A stretch of 64,000 nt of DNA from a virus (taxonomy: Duplodnaviria > Caudoviricetes): positions 1 through 64,000 of IMG/VR virus record IMGVR_UViG_3300047400_000324; one strand, written 5' to 3'. A program made the position numbers and the translations under genes. Below, piece after piece: positions 9,370 to 19,012 of the stretch (within the stretch, counting starts at the first letter, position 1; each line of letters opens with the position of its first letter). Under the pieces are notes generated by a model. That model searched no databases, was not told the DNA's origin, and was given only the letters and a program-made list of their open reading frames with translations.

Positions 9370-10071
9370 ATGTTACCAAAAATACAACATCCAATATTTG
9401 AATTCAACATTCCATCGTTGAATAAAAAGTTTCATTTTCGACCTTTTCTCACAAAGGAAGAAAAGATACTCCTTATTGCAAAATCCAGCGAAGACAAAAC
9501 AGAAATTCTTCGAGCAATCAAGCAAATAATCAACAATTGTTCTTTGGACAATTTAGATATAGATAAACTTGCAATGTTCGATATCGAATATTTGTTCCTG
9601 CAACTTCGTTCGGTTTCGGTCAATAATATCGTAAAGGTTTCTTATAGAGACAATGAAGACAATGAAATATACGATTTTGATGTCGATCTTTCTAAAATAG
9701 AAGTTATCATTCCAAAAGTTGAAAAGAAAATTATGGTCGATAAGAATGTTGGTATATTGATGAGATATGCTCCTGCTTCTATCGTCGATGAAATGGATTT
9801 CACCAAAATAGAAAACGATCTTCTGTTCGATATAATACTCAAATGCATCGATTCGATATTCGATAAAGAAGATGTTTACGATCCTGCAACTTATACAAAA
9901 GAAGAATTGGAATCGTTCCTTGACAATTGTGGCATAAAAGTGCTTGAAAAGATTCAAGAATTTTTACAAAATGCTCCAAGGATGAAATATGAAATCGACT
10001 ATACAAATAAAAATGGCAATTCAAGAAAGATTGTATTGGATAGTTTGACAGATTTTTTTACGTTGGGTTGA
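9370..10071 (+). CDS. gp26: Baseplate hub assembly protein gp26-like
   Basis: LPKI..P.FE..IPS....FRPFL.KEEKILL and DIEYLFLQLRSVSV. Confidence 0.88.
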   Translation: MLPKIQHPIFEFNIPSLNKKFHFRPFLTKEEKILLIAKSSEDKTEILRAIKQIINNCSLDNLDIDKLAMFDIEYLFLQLRSVSVNNIVKVSYRDNEDNEIYDFDVDLSKIEVIIPKVEKKIMVDKNVGILMRYAPASIVDEMDFTKIENDLLFDIILKCIDSIFDKEDVYDPATYTKEELESFLDNCGIKVLEKIQEFLQNAPRMKYEIDYTNKNGNSRKIVLDSLTDFFTLG

Positions 10072-10244
10072 GTCATAACAGTTTAGAAAATTATTATGTC
10101 TCAACATTCAGTTTAGTTCAACATCATAAATACAGTATTACAGAAATAGATGAACTAATTCCTTTTGAACGTGATCTTTATGTAGATATGCTTTTAAAAT
10201 ATTTGCGGGAGTTAGAAGAAAAAAGGAATATGCTCAATGCCTAG
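10068..10244 (+). CDS. gp51: Small gp51-like baseplate assembly catalyst (absent from ORF track; TTG start or reached by -1 frameshift)
   Basis: LSHNSLENYYVSTFSLVQHHKYSITEIDELIPFERDLYVDML in the -1 frame overlapping the gp26 stop. Confidence 0.8.
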   Translation: MSHNSLENYYVSTFSLVQHHKYSITEIDELIPFERDLYVDMLLKYLRELEEKRNMLNA

Positions 10245-10797
10245 ATTCGATATGCCCGCAAAAAGTTCGGCAACACCGATAAACGATACAACCAACGTTG
10301 TATCGACACCGATTGCAAATACAGATCCAAATTCACAAATAGGAATGGCTGCACAATCTATACCAGTACAGCCAGTCCAACCTATCGCTTCACCTGTAAC
10401 AATAAACACTGCTTCTTCATCTCAATTTCAAAATCCTGTATTGAATACTCTTCAAGCACAACAGGCCATAGATTCTGCTCGTGCAAATACAATAGATGCA
10501 GAAACAAATAAAGAAATACAAGAAGAACAAATATCCAAACAAGAAGAGCATTGGATAAAAGCATATTGGAGACCAACAATGGGTTGGCTTTATATGCTTA
10601 TATGTTTTATGGATTTTGTTGGGTTTCCAATGATATCCGTTTTTCTTCCTATTGTTATGAAATCGTTTGGTATTGTTGTTGCATATAAAGAATGGGCTAG
10701 TCTTACTTTGTCCAATGGCGGATTGATACATTTGGCATTTGGTGCTATTCTTGGTGTATCGGCTTGGACTAGAGGCCAAGAAAAGTTGATTAGATAA
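10237..10797 (+). CDS. Membrane protein resembling 3-TM holin family
   Basis: WRPTMGWLYMLICFMDF and hydrophobic segments ending HLAFGAILGVSAWTRGQEK. Confidence 0.6.
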   Translation: MPRFDMPAKSSATPINDTTNVVSTPIANTDPNSQIGMAAQSIPVQPVQPIASPVTINTASSSQFQNPVLNTLQAQQAIDSARANTIDAETNKEIQEEQISKQEEHWIKAYWRPTMGWLYMLICFMDFVGFPMISVFLPIVMKSFGIVVAYKEWASLTLSNGGLIHLAFGAILGVSAWTRGQEKLIR

Positions 10798-12893
10798 TGA
10801 GTGGTGCTATAGCAGGATTAGCTAGAGGTCTTTTAACTGGCGCGAAATCAGTTGGTCGAGCTGGTATAACTGGCGCCAAATTTGCAGCCAGAGAAGGATT
10901 GAGTGCTGCTGGTTCTTTTATTAAAGATTTATTTTCAACTCATGATACAGGATCGCATGGAAAAAGTAAAGATGCGTCCAAAGTAAGAAACGCATCTGAA
11001 ACGGAAAATTATTCTAGCAATAACATCAATATAATCCTTAACAATTTAGTAAAAAATACGGAAATAGCAGCAAATAATGCTGAATTGATATCGGACGAAC
11101 AATTCAATCATATAACAATTTTAGAAAATATACTCGATACTGTCAAAAAATTAAATTTCAATCAGAATAATAAACCAACTCCAGAAATTAATCCCAATTT
11201 ACCAAACACTCGAAAAAATCCTGAACCAAAAACTAGACAACCAAGACCTAATGCAACTCCAAAATCTGAATCAAAACCAGGACCTAATGCAACTTCACAA
11301 CCTAAAGTAAAACCAGGATATACGACAACACCTTCAGGAAAATACAGAGATATAAAAACTGGTAGATTTGTTTCACCCAAAATAGCTATCGAAGCGATAA
11401 CTCCAAATGCTACAAAAATATTCAAACCAACAAATATTTTAAAGGGAGCTTCAAAGGGAGGAATTGCCGGTATTTTAGGTGGTATGGCGTTGGATTATGG
11501 TGCAGAAAAAGCCAGAGAAACTGGTCATACCACCATTGCAAAGGGATTGAATGTATCATCTTCAACATTAACTGGTGCTTCTACTGGCGCATTGATAGGA
11601 TCAATAGTTCCTGGAATTGGTACCACAGTTGGTGGTGTGGTAGGCGGTGCAGCCGGTTTTGGTTATGGTTTATACAATGCATTGACTGAAGATAATCAAA
11701 ATGAGCAACAACATGAGAATGCTGAACATATCGATCAACAAAGTGGAGATACTAGAAGTTTTTATGAAAAATATGCGCCGTCTTGGTTAGGTGGAAAAGA
11801 AGCTCCTAAACAAACAGATGCAACCCCTTCTGATGCTGGAGGAGGTGGAGATCAAATATCTAATATACTTGCAACTATACGATCTAAAGAATCTAATACA
11901 GCTGGTGGATATAAAGCAAAAAATCCAAATTCTTCTGCTTCAGGCGCTTATCAGTTTTTAGATGGAACATGGCAAGCTTTGACAAAAAAATACAATATAG
12001 GTACAGAATATCAACATGCAATGGATGCACCTCCTGAAATACAAGATGCTGTTGCTAGAAATCATGTAAGCGATATATTAAAACAGGTCAATGGAGATGT
12101 ATCGAAAATACCTATAGTTTGGTATACAGGAAATCCACAAGGAAAATCTAATGCAGTAAGCCAGGAAGTAATTTTAAAATACCAACAAGAATGGATGGCA
12201 AATTACAGTAAATTGGGAGGTGGAGAACAGATTGCCGATGCTTCTAAACCTAGCGAGGCAACAAAGACTGGTGGAAAATTAACTACTCAATCTGGAATTT
12301 CATTGGAAGGTGTCGATCCCAATGTTGTTGCTGGTGTTGAAAAAATTCAATCTGCATTTGGAAAAAATCTAGTTATAAGCAGTGGCGTTAGAACTTCAGC
12401 AACTCCAGGAGTAGGCGGACAAGATCCACATCAAAAACATGCAGCGGTAGATATTTCTTATAAATCTAGTGGTATAGGTGAAAATGATATAAAAACATTG
12501 GCTTCGCTTGCATTGAATGCTGGATTTACTGGTATAGGGTTGGAAGATACACATTTACATTTAGATAATTCGCATGCAGTAAAAACATTATGGGGTCAAG
12601 ATTATCATTTTGGTTCTGCTCCGGAATGGGCAAAAACTATGACAGATTGGGGAAATGCTGGTGTAAAAATGGCAAGTGCACCAACTTCTGGTCAACAATT
12701 GAGCGCACAATCCGGTAGAATAGAAGCATCCGAACAAGCAGCTATGGCAAATCAAACTACAAATATGACCATGAATTCTCAATCGCAAACTTCTCCAAAT
12801 CCACCGGTTTTAAATAATAATTCATCGAACTTTCAAGATATTTCTATAATGACAAGATTGCAACAAACTTTCCCACAAGCATGGGCAGCATAA
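10797..12893 (+). CDS. Tape-measure/gp29-like protein with lysozyme-like and M15-peptidase-like domains
   Basis: G/A-rich hydrophobic segment; ES..GGYKA.N...SASGAYQF...TW; ISSGVR...H..H.AVDI...GIG...HLHLD. Confidence 0.7.
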   Translation: MSGAIAGLARGLLTGAKSVGRAGITGAKFAAREGLSAAGSFIKDLFSTHDTGSHGKSKDASKVRNASETENYSSNNINIILNNLVKNTEIAANNAELISDEQFNHITILENILDTVKKLNFNQNNKPTPEINPNLPNTRKNPEPKTRQPRPNATPKSESKPGPNATSQPKVKPGYTTTPSGKYRDIKTGRFVSPKIAIEAITPNATKIFKPTNILKGASKGGIAGILGGMALDYGAEKARETGHTTIAKGLNVSSSTLTGASTGALIGSIVPGIGTTVGGVVGGAAGFGYGLYNALTEDNQNEQQHENAEHIDQQSGDTRSFYEKYAPSWLGGKEAPKQTDATPSDAGGGGDQISNILATIRSKESNTAGGYKAKNPNSSASGAYQFLDGTWQALTKKYNIGTEYQHAMDAPPEIQDAVARNHVSDILKQVNGDVSKIPIVWYTGNPQGKSNAVSQEVILKYQQEWMANYSKLGGGEQIADASKPSEATKTGGKLTTQSGISLEGVDPNVVAGVEKIQSAFGKNLVISSGVRTSATPGVGGQDPHQKHAAVDISYKSSGIGENDIKTLASLALNAGFTGIGLEDTHLHLDNSHAVKTLWGQDYHFGSAPEWAKTMTDWGNAGVKMASAPTSGQQLSAQSGRIEASEQAAMANQTTNMTMNSQSQTSPNPPVLNNNSSNFQDISIMTRLQQTFPQAWAA

Positions 12894-12897
12894 ACAA

Positions 12898-15144
12898 ATG
12901 GCAAGAAAACCGAAAGAAGCAATAACTCCCGATACCGATATAAGCAACTTCTCTCCTGAAGTTCAGAAAAGATTAAGAGAAGAATTGGACAAATATTTGT
13001 CCGATAAATTGGCTATGGAAACTAAACCAGCATCACAAGATGATAATATCATATCTGTAGATGAAAATAATTCAGACAATCTATTGAAAAAAGTTTCAAT
13101 AGAAAAAGAAATAGAACAACATCCAAAAACTATAGAAGAATCTTTAGAAAAAGAAATAGATTTAGCCGAAAAAGAAGACGAAATACAAGAAAACGAAAGT
13201 GTTCTTGTTGTAGACGATTCTCAACATCCTCCGAAAATAAAAAAAGCGAAATTGCCAGAAATTGTTAAAAGAGGTAGAAAAAGAAAAGAAGATAATAGAC
13301 CTATTTTGCAAAGAATGGCATCGGATTTATATGCAACTCTTTTTCCAGGTATCAAAGATACAACGGATTATATCGGCAAAACTTCTAAAATAACAAAATC
13401 AGATGGATTAGGTTCGGCATTAAAAACTGCTGGGCCCGATTTATTTTCTACATTATTCCCAGATATAGCAAAAGTATTTAAATATTTCAAAAAAACAGAG
13501 GATGATAAAAAAGAACAAGATTCAGAATCCTCATATAAAGAATTTGCATCGCAAAGACCTATAATAAATGCGTTAAATCAAACAAATCATAATATATTGT
13601 CTTTGAATGATAATTTAACAGACAGTTTGAATAATAGTAAAAAAATTACTTCATTATTGCAAAATATTTTAGAATCAATGGATTCCATAAAACCCAATTC
13701 TTCGAATTTAAATTTACCGGATTTACTAGGTGGGGGAAGTTTTCTTACAGATTTATTAGGATTAGGTAAATCGACTCCGAAATCTGGTAATTCTTTATTA
13801 TCTAATGGATTATCACGTGGAAAAGACATTATCAGTTCTTTATTTAGATCACAAGCTGTAAGAACTTTATCGACAGTTGCAACTGAAAATGCATTGCCAG
13901 CTTTATTAGAAACACTTGCCGCTGGTGCTGCTACTATTTTTGCAATAAAAGGAGCATTTTATTTAGCGGATAAATTGACACCAGAAAATGAAAAGGGAGC
14001 TATTACAAATCCTATTTCTTTATCTTTAATATCGCAAACACCAGAGAAATATAAAATTAAAATTTTAACCGATAGTTTAAAGGAAGATGGATTTATAAAG
14101 GATAGAGAATATACAGTAGACGATATATTTAAAAAATATAATGTTAAACCAGAAGAACGAGAATCTTTTTTAAAATCGCTTATCGACAGTAAAGATGTAC
14201 AAATCAATTCTCCAATATCTTTAACAAATATAGAAGATGATATAAAGAAAAAATCTATAAAATTGACGAATGATGTAATTGAGTCGAACGCCGATTTAAA
14301 AAATCACAATCTTGCAAAATTACAAGATTTTCTCGTTGATTTAGCAGAAAATTTTTATAAATCTAGATTATATGATACATCGGCAGAAACAGAACTAGCA
14401 TTGCCAGAATTTAAACGTTATATGACTGAAGAAGGTTTAAAATTTCTAAAAATAACACCAGCAACATCAACAACATCACCAGCAACACCAGCAGAAACAA
14501 CGCCTACAGCAACACCAACAACACCAGCAGAAACAACTTCTACAACACCACCAGCAACACCATCAGCAACACCAGCAGAAACAACGCCTAATACTGAATC
14601 CAATGTCCGCAAAGAATCATTTAAAATTGGTGGGGAAACAATTTCAAAGGGTAATAAATTATCGTCAATTCAAATATCGGCGATTCGCGCTGCATTACAA
14701 ACAAATCCAGAAAATAGAAATTTATATCCAGAATGGGTTATAAATCAATATAATGAACAAATTAAAAATGCAACCCCAGTAAAACCGCCGGAAGCACAAA
14801 CTAAACAATCTCCAGCAGCAACACCAGCAGGAACAACGACTACAACACCATCGGGAGCACAAACTAAACAACCACCAGCAGCAACACCATCATCAGGTGC
14901 ACCTAAAACAGGTCCCGCATTGAAAACACAATCGGAATCGTACGATCAATCTAAAAGACCGACACCACCACCTTCAACAGCTTCTCCTCCTGTAGGAGAA
15001 AGTGGAAAGGGTGGCGGTGCCACAACAGGTGCTAAATCTCCAACAGACATGGGCGATCCAGGAAATGTTGAACCGCCCAATGCCGCTGAAAGATTTAAAG
15101 AGTTGTTTAAGTCATTTTTTGATTATAGCAAGATACCCACTTAA
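12898..15144 (+). CDS. Large tail-associated hypothetical protein with T/P/A-rich C-terminus
   Basis: 748-aa ORF directly after tape-measure-like gene. Confidence 0.7.
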   Translation: MARKPKEAITPDTDISNFSPEVQKRLREELDKYLSDKLAMETKPASQDDNIISVDENNSDNLLKKVSIEKEIEQHPKTIEESLEKEIDLAEKEDEIQENESVLVVDDSQHPPKIKKAKLPEIVKRGRKRKEDNRPILQRMASDLYATLFPGIKDTTDYIGKTSKITKSDGLGSALKTAGPDLFSTLFPDIAKVFKYFKKTEDDKKEQDSESSYKEFASQRPIINALNQTNHNILSLNDNLTDSLNNSKKITSLLQNILESMDSIKPNSSNLNLPDLLGGGSFLTDLLGLGKSTPKSGNSLLSNGLSRGKDIISSLFRSQAVRTLSTVATENALPALLETLAAGAATIFAIKGAFYLADKLTPENEKGAITNPISLSLISQTPEKYKIKILTDSLKEDGFIKDREYTVDDIFKKYNVKPEERESFLKSLIDSKDVQINSPISLTNIEDDIKKKSIKLTNDVIESNADLKNHNLAKLQDFLVDLAENFYKSRLYDTSAETELALPEFKRYMTEEGLKFLKITPATSTTSPATPAETTPTATPTTPAETTSTTPPATPSATPAETTPNTESNVRKESFKIGGETISKGNKLSSIQISAIRAALQTNPENRNLYPEWVINQYNEQIKNATPVKPPEAQTKQSPAATPAGTTTTTPSGAQTKQPPAATPSSGAPKTGPALKTQSESYDQSKRPTPPPSTASPPVGESGKGGGATTGAKSPTDMGDPGNVEPPNAAERFKELFKSFFDYSKIPT
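14456..14900 (+). repeat. Coding T/P/A-rich direct repeats
   Basis: ACACCAGCAGAAACAAC three times; GCACAAACTAAACAA(T/C)C(T/A)CCAGCAGCAACACCA twice. Confidence 0.85.
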
Positions 15145-15156
15145 GATTGAAAAATC

Positions 15157-16086
15157 TTATCGACTGAGCTTTTGGAAAAACTTCAAATCGGTATCGTCTT
15201 CATCATCGTCATTCGATGATGCCATTTGACGAGTCGGCTTGGAATTATTCCAAGGAGCATCTTCATCCTCATCGTCAGAAGAAGTCCTCTGAGCCGCTGC
15301 CATTCTAGATGCTTGTGGAGTAGGCTTTCCGTTGTCATTCAATCCAAGAACACGATTCAATTTTGCCTTCAATTCATCATAAGACTTGAAATTGGAAGGA
15401 GCAAGGAAAGCTTGCAATGAATGTTCTTGCTTCCAAATAGCTTCCATTTGTTCATCGTCATCGAACAGAGGCGAAGGATTTGCAAATTCTGACTTATCAT
15501 AATTGCGATATCCTTCTACATTTCGAATCTTAAGTTTAAATGTAGCACCAGTCCAAAGATCGAATGGATTCATAGGATCTTCATCAGCAAATTGTGGATT
15601 CATTGCTTCATTCAACTTATCGTAAATCTTCTTTCCAAACTTGTAAAGCCGAACTGTTCCATTGTTTTGAGGATTTGCTTGATCTTGAATGATATAAATG
15701 TTTGAAATGAAATTGAGTTTACGCTTTTGATCGCGAGCTTGCTTACGTGTGGGAGAATTATCATCGTCCGACATGTTCCAAAGCTTCGAATTCAATTCCC
15801 CACAAGGATCAGGCTTATTGATCGTTGTAAGAGAATTTTCGATATACCAAAGACCAGTAGGTCCCTTGAATCCATGTTCCCAAACACGAACAAACGGAAC
15901 TTCTTCATCTCCAGGCGCAGGCAAAAAACGAATGGACGCAAATCCATTCCCAGCCTTATCTACATCCGGATACCAAAAACGTTCGTCGCGACCTGTTTCT
16001 TGATTTGTATTGAGCTTCGCCAATTCAGCAGTCAATTGGCCAAGCGAACTAGAACCAGAGTTCTTTTTAAGCGCAGAAAAATCCAT
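15157..16086 (-). CDS. gp32: Single-stranded DNA-binding protein gp32
   Basis: DERFWYP.VDKAGNGFA.IRFLP, WYIENSLTT....DP, acidic tail. Confidence 0.97.
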   Translation of the reverse strand: MDFSALKKNSGSSSLGQLTAELAKLNTNQETGRDERFWYPDVDKAGNGFASIRFLPAPGDEEVPFVRVWEHGFKGPTGLWYIENSLTTINKPDPCGELNSKLWNMSDDDNSPTRKQARDQKRKLNFISNIYIIQDQANPQNNGTVRLYKFGKKIYDKLNEAMNPQFADEDPMNPFDLWTGATFKLKIRNVEGYRNYDKSEFANPSPLFDDDEQMEAIWKQEHSLQAFLAPSNFKSYDELKAKLNRVLGLNDNGKPTPQASRMAAAQRTSSDDEDEDAPWNNSKPTRQMASSNDDDEDDTDLKFFQKLSR

Positions 16087-16101
16087 TTTATACTCCTGTA
16101 T

Positions 16102-16175
16102 ATTAGTATATGATTGTATAATTAGTATGTGATTGTATAATTAGTATTTGGATCATCGATCCAAATATATTTATA
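16102..16175 (-). promoter_or_regulatory. gp32 leader: late promoter, 9-bp hairpin and 2.4 copies of a 19-nt AT-rich repeat
   Basis: TATAAATA 16175-16168; ATTTGGATC/GATCCAAAT 16146-16166; ATTAGTAT(A/G)TGATTGTATA at 16102 and 16121, partial at 16140. Confidence 0.8.
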
Positions 16176-16186
16176 ATGAGATTGAA

Positions 16187-16279
16187 TGGTGGGAGTGGTA
16201 AGAGTCGAACTTACAATGTTTACCATATAGGACGCGATTTACAGTCGCGGGATGCACACGCCATAGCATCAACACTCCC
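16187..16279 (-). tRNA. tRNA-Tyr(GTA)
   Basis: Cloverleaf GGGAGTG/CACTCCC-A-CCA, loop CTGTAAA, long variable arm, TTCGA T-loop. Confidence 0.92.
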
Positions 16280-16320
16280 TCAATAATTCCAATATATCGT
16301 ATATTTTGTATATGTCAACA

Positions 16321-16497
16321 TCAATTTTGATATATACCATAGAAAATGATGTATTTAACCTCTACAATATTGAATAAATCTTCAGTTAAGATTTCAGAAA
16401 CATAATTTTGAATATGCAAGCAAATTAGATCATTGAGTCTATCAATGAAATAATCGCAATTATCGATATTGCATTTTACGGATTTTGGTTTTTTCAT
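16321..16497 (-). CDS. Small hypothetical protein (58 aa, absent from ORF track)
   Basis: ATGA overlap with phoH stop. Confidence 0.5.
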   Translation of the reverse strand: MKKPKSVKCNIDNCDYFIDRLNDLICLHIQNYVSEILTEDLFNIVEVKYIIFYGIYQN

Positions 16498-17261
16498 AAT
16501 GGCTGTATTTCACCCAATTCTTCTAATCGTTCTCTTTCTAGCAAATATTCTTTCACTATATCGCCGCGAACAATATCTTTACTAGTAAATTCAATTGTAT
16601 TGAAAGAATTCATATTTCTTATTACTTTAAAAAAATCGCCGAATCCTGATTCTTCTTTTCTTGGATTCAAATCGTTCTGTTTAACATCTCCAGCTATAAT
16701 TACTCTGCATTTTTTTCCAATGCGAGTAAAAACAGAATTTATTTCAGAAGCAGTCATATTTTGCAATTCATCGATAAACACAACAGAATTGTTTACAGTA
16801 ATGCCTCTAACAAATGAAGTGGTCACAAATTCTACTAAATTCTTATTCTTTAAGAAATCATAAGCATCTCCACGTCCAAATATTTCTGAAAATATAGAAT
16901 AATATGGAGCTTCATAGACTTTCGATTTTTCACGATTTGATCCTGGAAGAAATCCCATATCTCTTGTAGGAACTACGGATCTGACAATCAACATTTTTTC
17001 ATAATCTTGTTGCTGCAATATACAATTCATACCCATATAAGCAGATAGAAAAGATTTACCGGTACCAGCAGTACCAACAAGCAACAAATTTTTTCCAGAT
17101 TTCCAAGAATCAAATGTTATTTCTTGATTTTTTGTAAGAGGTTCTATGAATTTGAGATCGAAATGAAGTTTTTCGAATATATTTTGTTGAGAATTTTCAT
17201 TCGATACCCTTTCCTGTCTTTGTTGTCTTCTTTCTTTTCTTGAAATTCTTTTAGTAGTCAT
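16494..17261 (-). CDS. phoH: PhoH-like ATPase
   Basis: GTAGTGKS, RSVVPTRDMGFLPG, RGIT, IDELQN, GDVKQND. Confidence 0.95.
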   Translation of the reverse strand: MTTKRISRKERRQQRQERVSNENSQQNIFEKLHFDLKFIEPLTKNQEITFDSWKSGKNLLLVGTAGTGKSFLSAYMGMNCILQQQDYEKMLIVRSVVPTRDMGFLPGSNREKSKVYEAPYYSIFSEIFGRGDAYDFLKNKNLVEFVTTSFVRGITVNNSVVFIDELQNMTASEINSVFTRIGKKCRVIIAGDVKQNDLNPRKEESGFGDFFKVIRNMNSFNTIEFTSKDIVRGDIVKEYLLERERLEELGEIQPL

Positions 17262-17271
17262 GGAATCCTAT

Positions 17272-17520
17272 TTAAAAATCATTGATGGTGCTTTTTGTCA
17301 ATCCTCGTGAATGTGTCTTTTTGATTTCACGCAATCTATCACGAAAAGCATCATCTGGTTTACGTAAACCCATTCTAATACTATCTCCTAGAGCTGGAGC
17401 CTTCACTATTTGTTGTTGTATATGTTTATTCTTTTTTAAATATTTATCTCGTTCAGCAATACTCATCATTTCTTGCACAATATCGCCAGTTTCTGTGTTC
17501 AAAAATGTGTATATTGGCAT
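17272..17520 (-). CDS. FmdB-like small protein lacking zinc cysteines
   Basis: MPIYTF.N..TG start typical of this T4-like family. Confidence 0.6.
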   Translation of the reverse strand: MPIYTFLNTETGDIVQEMMSIAERDKYLKKNKHIQQQIVKAPALGDSIRMGLRKPDDAFRDRLREIKKTHSRGLTKSTINDF

Positions 17521-17523
17521 AAT

Positions 17524-17724
17524 TCAATACTTGCAATTTCTATAACTGAAAAAATCTTCTTCATCGTCAATATCCATAAGTCTGTCTACGTTTTTCGATC
17601 TAATCAAATTTCGCATACGTTTTTCGAATCGTTTCTGTTTACTCTGCATATGATTTACACCATAATCATCGCCATAATCATCGTATTGAATACGGCGATC
17701 GTCTCTGCTTCTAGATTTTCCCAT
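17524..17724 (-). CDS. Hypothetical protein
   Basis: Tightly packed co-oriented ORF. Confidence 0.6.
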   Translation of the reverse strand: MGKSRSRDDRRIQYDDYGDDYGVNHMQSKQKRFEKRMRNLIRSKNVDRLMDIDDEEDFFSYRNCKY

Positions 17725-18147
17725 TTAAATAAGCCCCGGAAATGCTTTATTGATGATATCTTTTGTTACACCTGGATATGGCAAATTTTTGTCTTTCATG
17801 TGCAATAACAATTTTGCATCGTCTTTATCTACCGATTCTAACAATTCGATGAACAAAGATTCTCTACGAATTTGTTTCAAATTTGGATTTCCATTTTTTG
17901 TAAACAAATATAAACGTCTATATTCCGAATACAAAATATTTTGCTGATCCACCAAATCGTTTTCTTTATAGGGCGGATTTCCTTCAGGCAGCTGCCACTC
18001 AATCGATGGATCGAGAGCACCTTTCAAAATACCACGAAGAACGTTGCTATCGTTTTGCCTAAGCCAACCAATACGCATTTTTTCGTCTTTTATTTCTGAA
18101 GCCTTTTTCAGTATTTCGCTTATACCAAGTTTCATTTTTTTACACAA
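17725..18147 (-). CDS. Conserved T4-like hypothetical protein
   Basis: LP.G.PPY and RRESLFIELLESV...DA.LL motifs; adjacent to rnh. Confidence 0.7.
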   Translation of the reverse strand: MCKKMKLGISEILKKASEIKDEKMRIGWLRQNDSNVLRGILKGALDPSIEWQLPEGNPPYKENDLVDQQNILYSEYRRLYLFTKNGNPNLKQIRRESLFIELLESVDKDDAKLLLHMKDKNLPYPGVTKDIINKAFPGLI

Positions 18148-18997
18148 AGTCTCCTATATTTTCTGTGAGATTTCTTAGTCTATTAGCAATAAAATAGTTC
18201 AACAAGTTTGGACTTTTCTTATTTTCTTGATTATCAAAGCTTTCCATAACTTGAAGTTTGATTCTATTAGGTATTTGAGATAAATCGATAAGTGTTTTAT
18301 TGCGAGTATAATTTCTAAAACATTCATGATCGAATTTACCAATCAAATTTGTATTCATCAATGCATCCATTCGTTTTTTAGTGAGAGGCTTCTGTCTTTC
18401 GTTTATAACAAAACAATTGTCAGAAGACAAAACGTTTGGAATACCATCGCTTACGTCGCCCTTCAAAATATGTTCTTCCAAAAATTTATCAGGATCATTG
18501 CATTTTATATATTTCTTCAAAACCGGATTATATTGTGTTACATTTATGTATTTTTGAAGTTGTTGAAAATCTTTGTCTCCGCTTAGAATAAGAATTTTCT
18601 CCGAAGTATTTCCAAATTCTTCACAAAGAGTTCCAATGATATCGTCAGCTTCCGCCGATTCAATATCGATAATTCTATAAGGAAAGTTTTCCTTCAATTC
18701 AGAACGAATTTTGTTCAGACATTCGAAAATATCTTTCCAATTCAATTCGGATTCTGTCTGAGATTTCTTGCGATTTGCTTTATAATAAGGAAAGACATGC
18801 TTGCGCCAGTAATTTCTGTTGTCGCAGGCAATAATCAATTCACCGTATTCGTCGGCAAACTTAGTTTTATACATACGAATAGAATTCAATACCATATGTC
18901 TTACCATTGGTTCATCTATCCGAGCATTTGTATGATTTCCAAGTTGTGCCATAATATTCGATAACATAACTTGTGAAAAATCGAGAATAATAATAAC
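18140..18997 (-). CDS. rnh: RNase H / 5'-3' exonuclease (T4 rnh); ATG at 18967 but frame extends to about 18997
   Basis: ACD...YWR...FPYYKANR, EADDIIG, ILSGDKDF.QL, GDVSDGIPN. Confidence 0.95.
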   Translation of the reverse strand, partial: VIIILDFSQVMLSNIMAQLGNHTNARIDEPMVRHMVLNSIRMYKTKFADEYGELIIACDNRNYWRKHVFPYYKANRKKSQTESELNWKDIFECLNKIRSELKENFPYRIIDIESAEADDIIGTLCEEFGNTSEKILILSGDKDFQQLQKYINVTQYNPVLKKYIKCNDPDKFLEEHILKGDVSDGIPNVLSSDNCFVINERQKPLTKKRMDALMNTNLIGKFDHECFRNYTRNKTLIDLSQIPNRIKLQVMESFDNQENKKSPNLLNYFIANRLRNLTENIGDFV

Positions 18998-19012
18998 ACT
19001 TACTCCATAATA

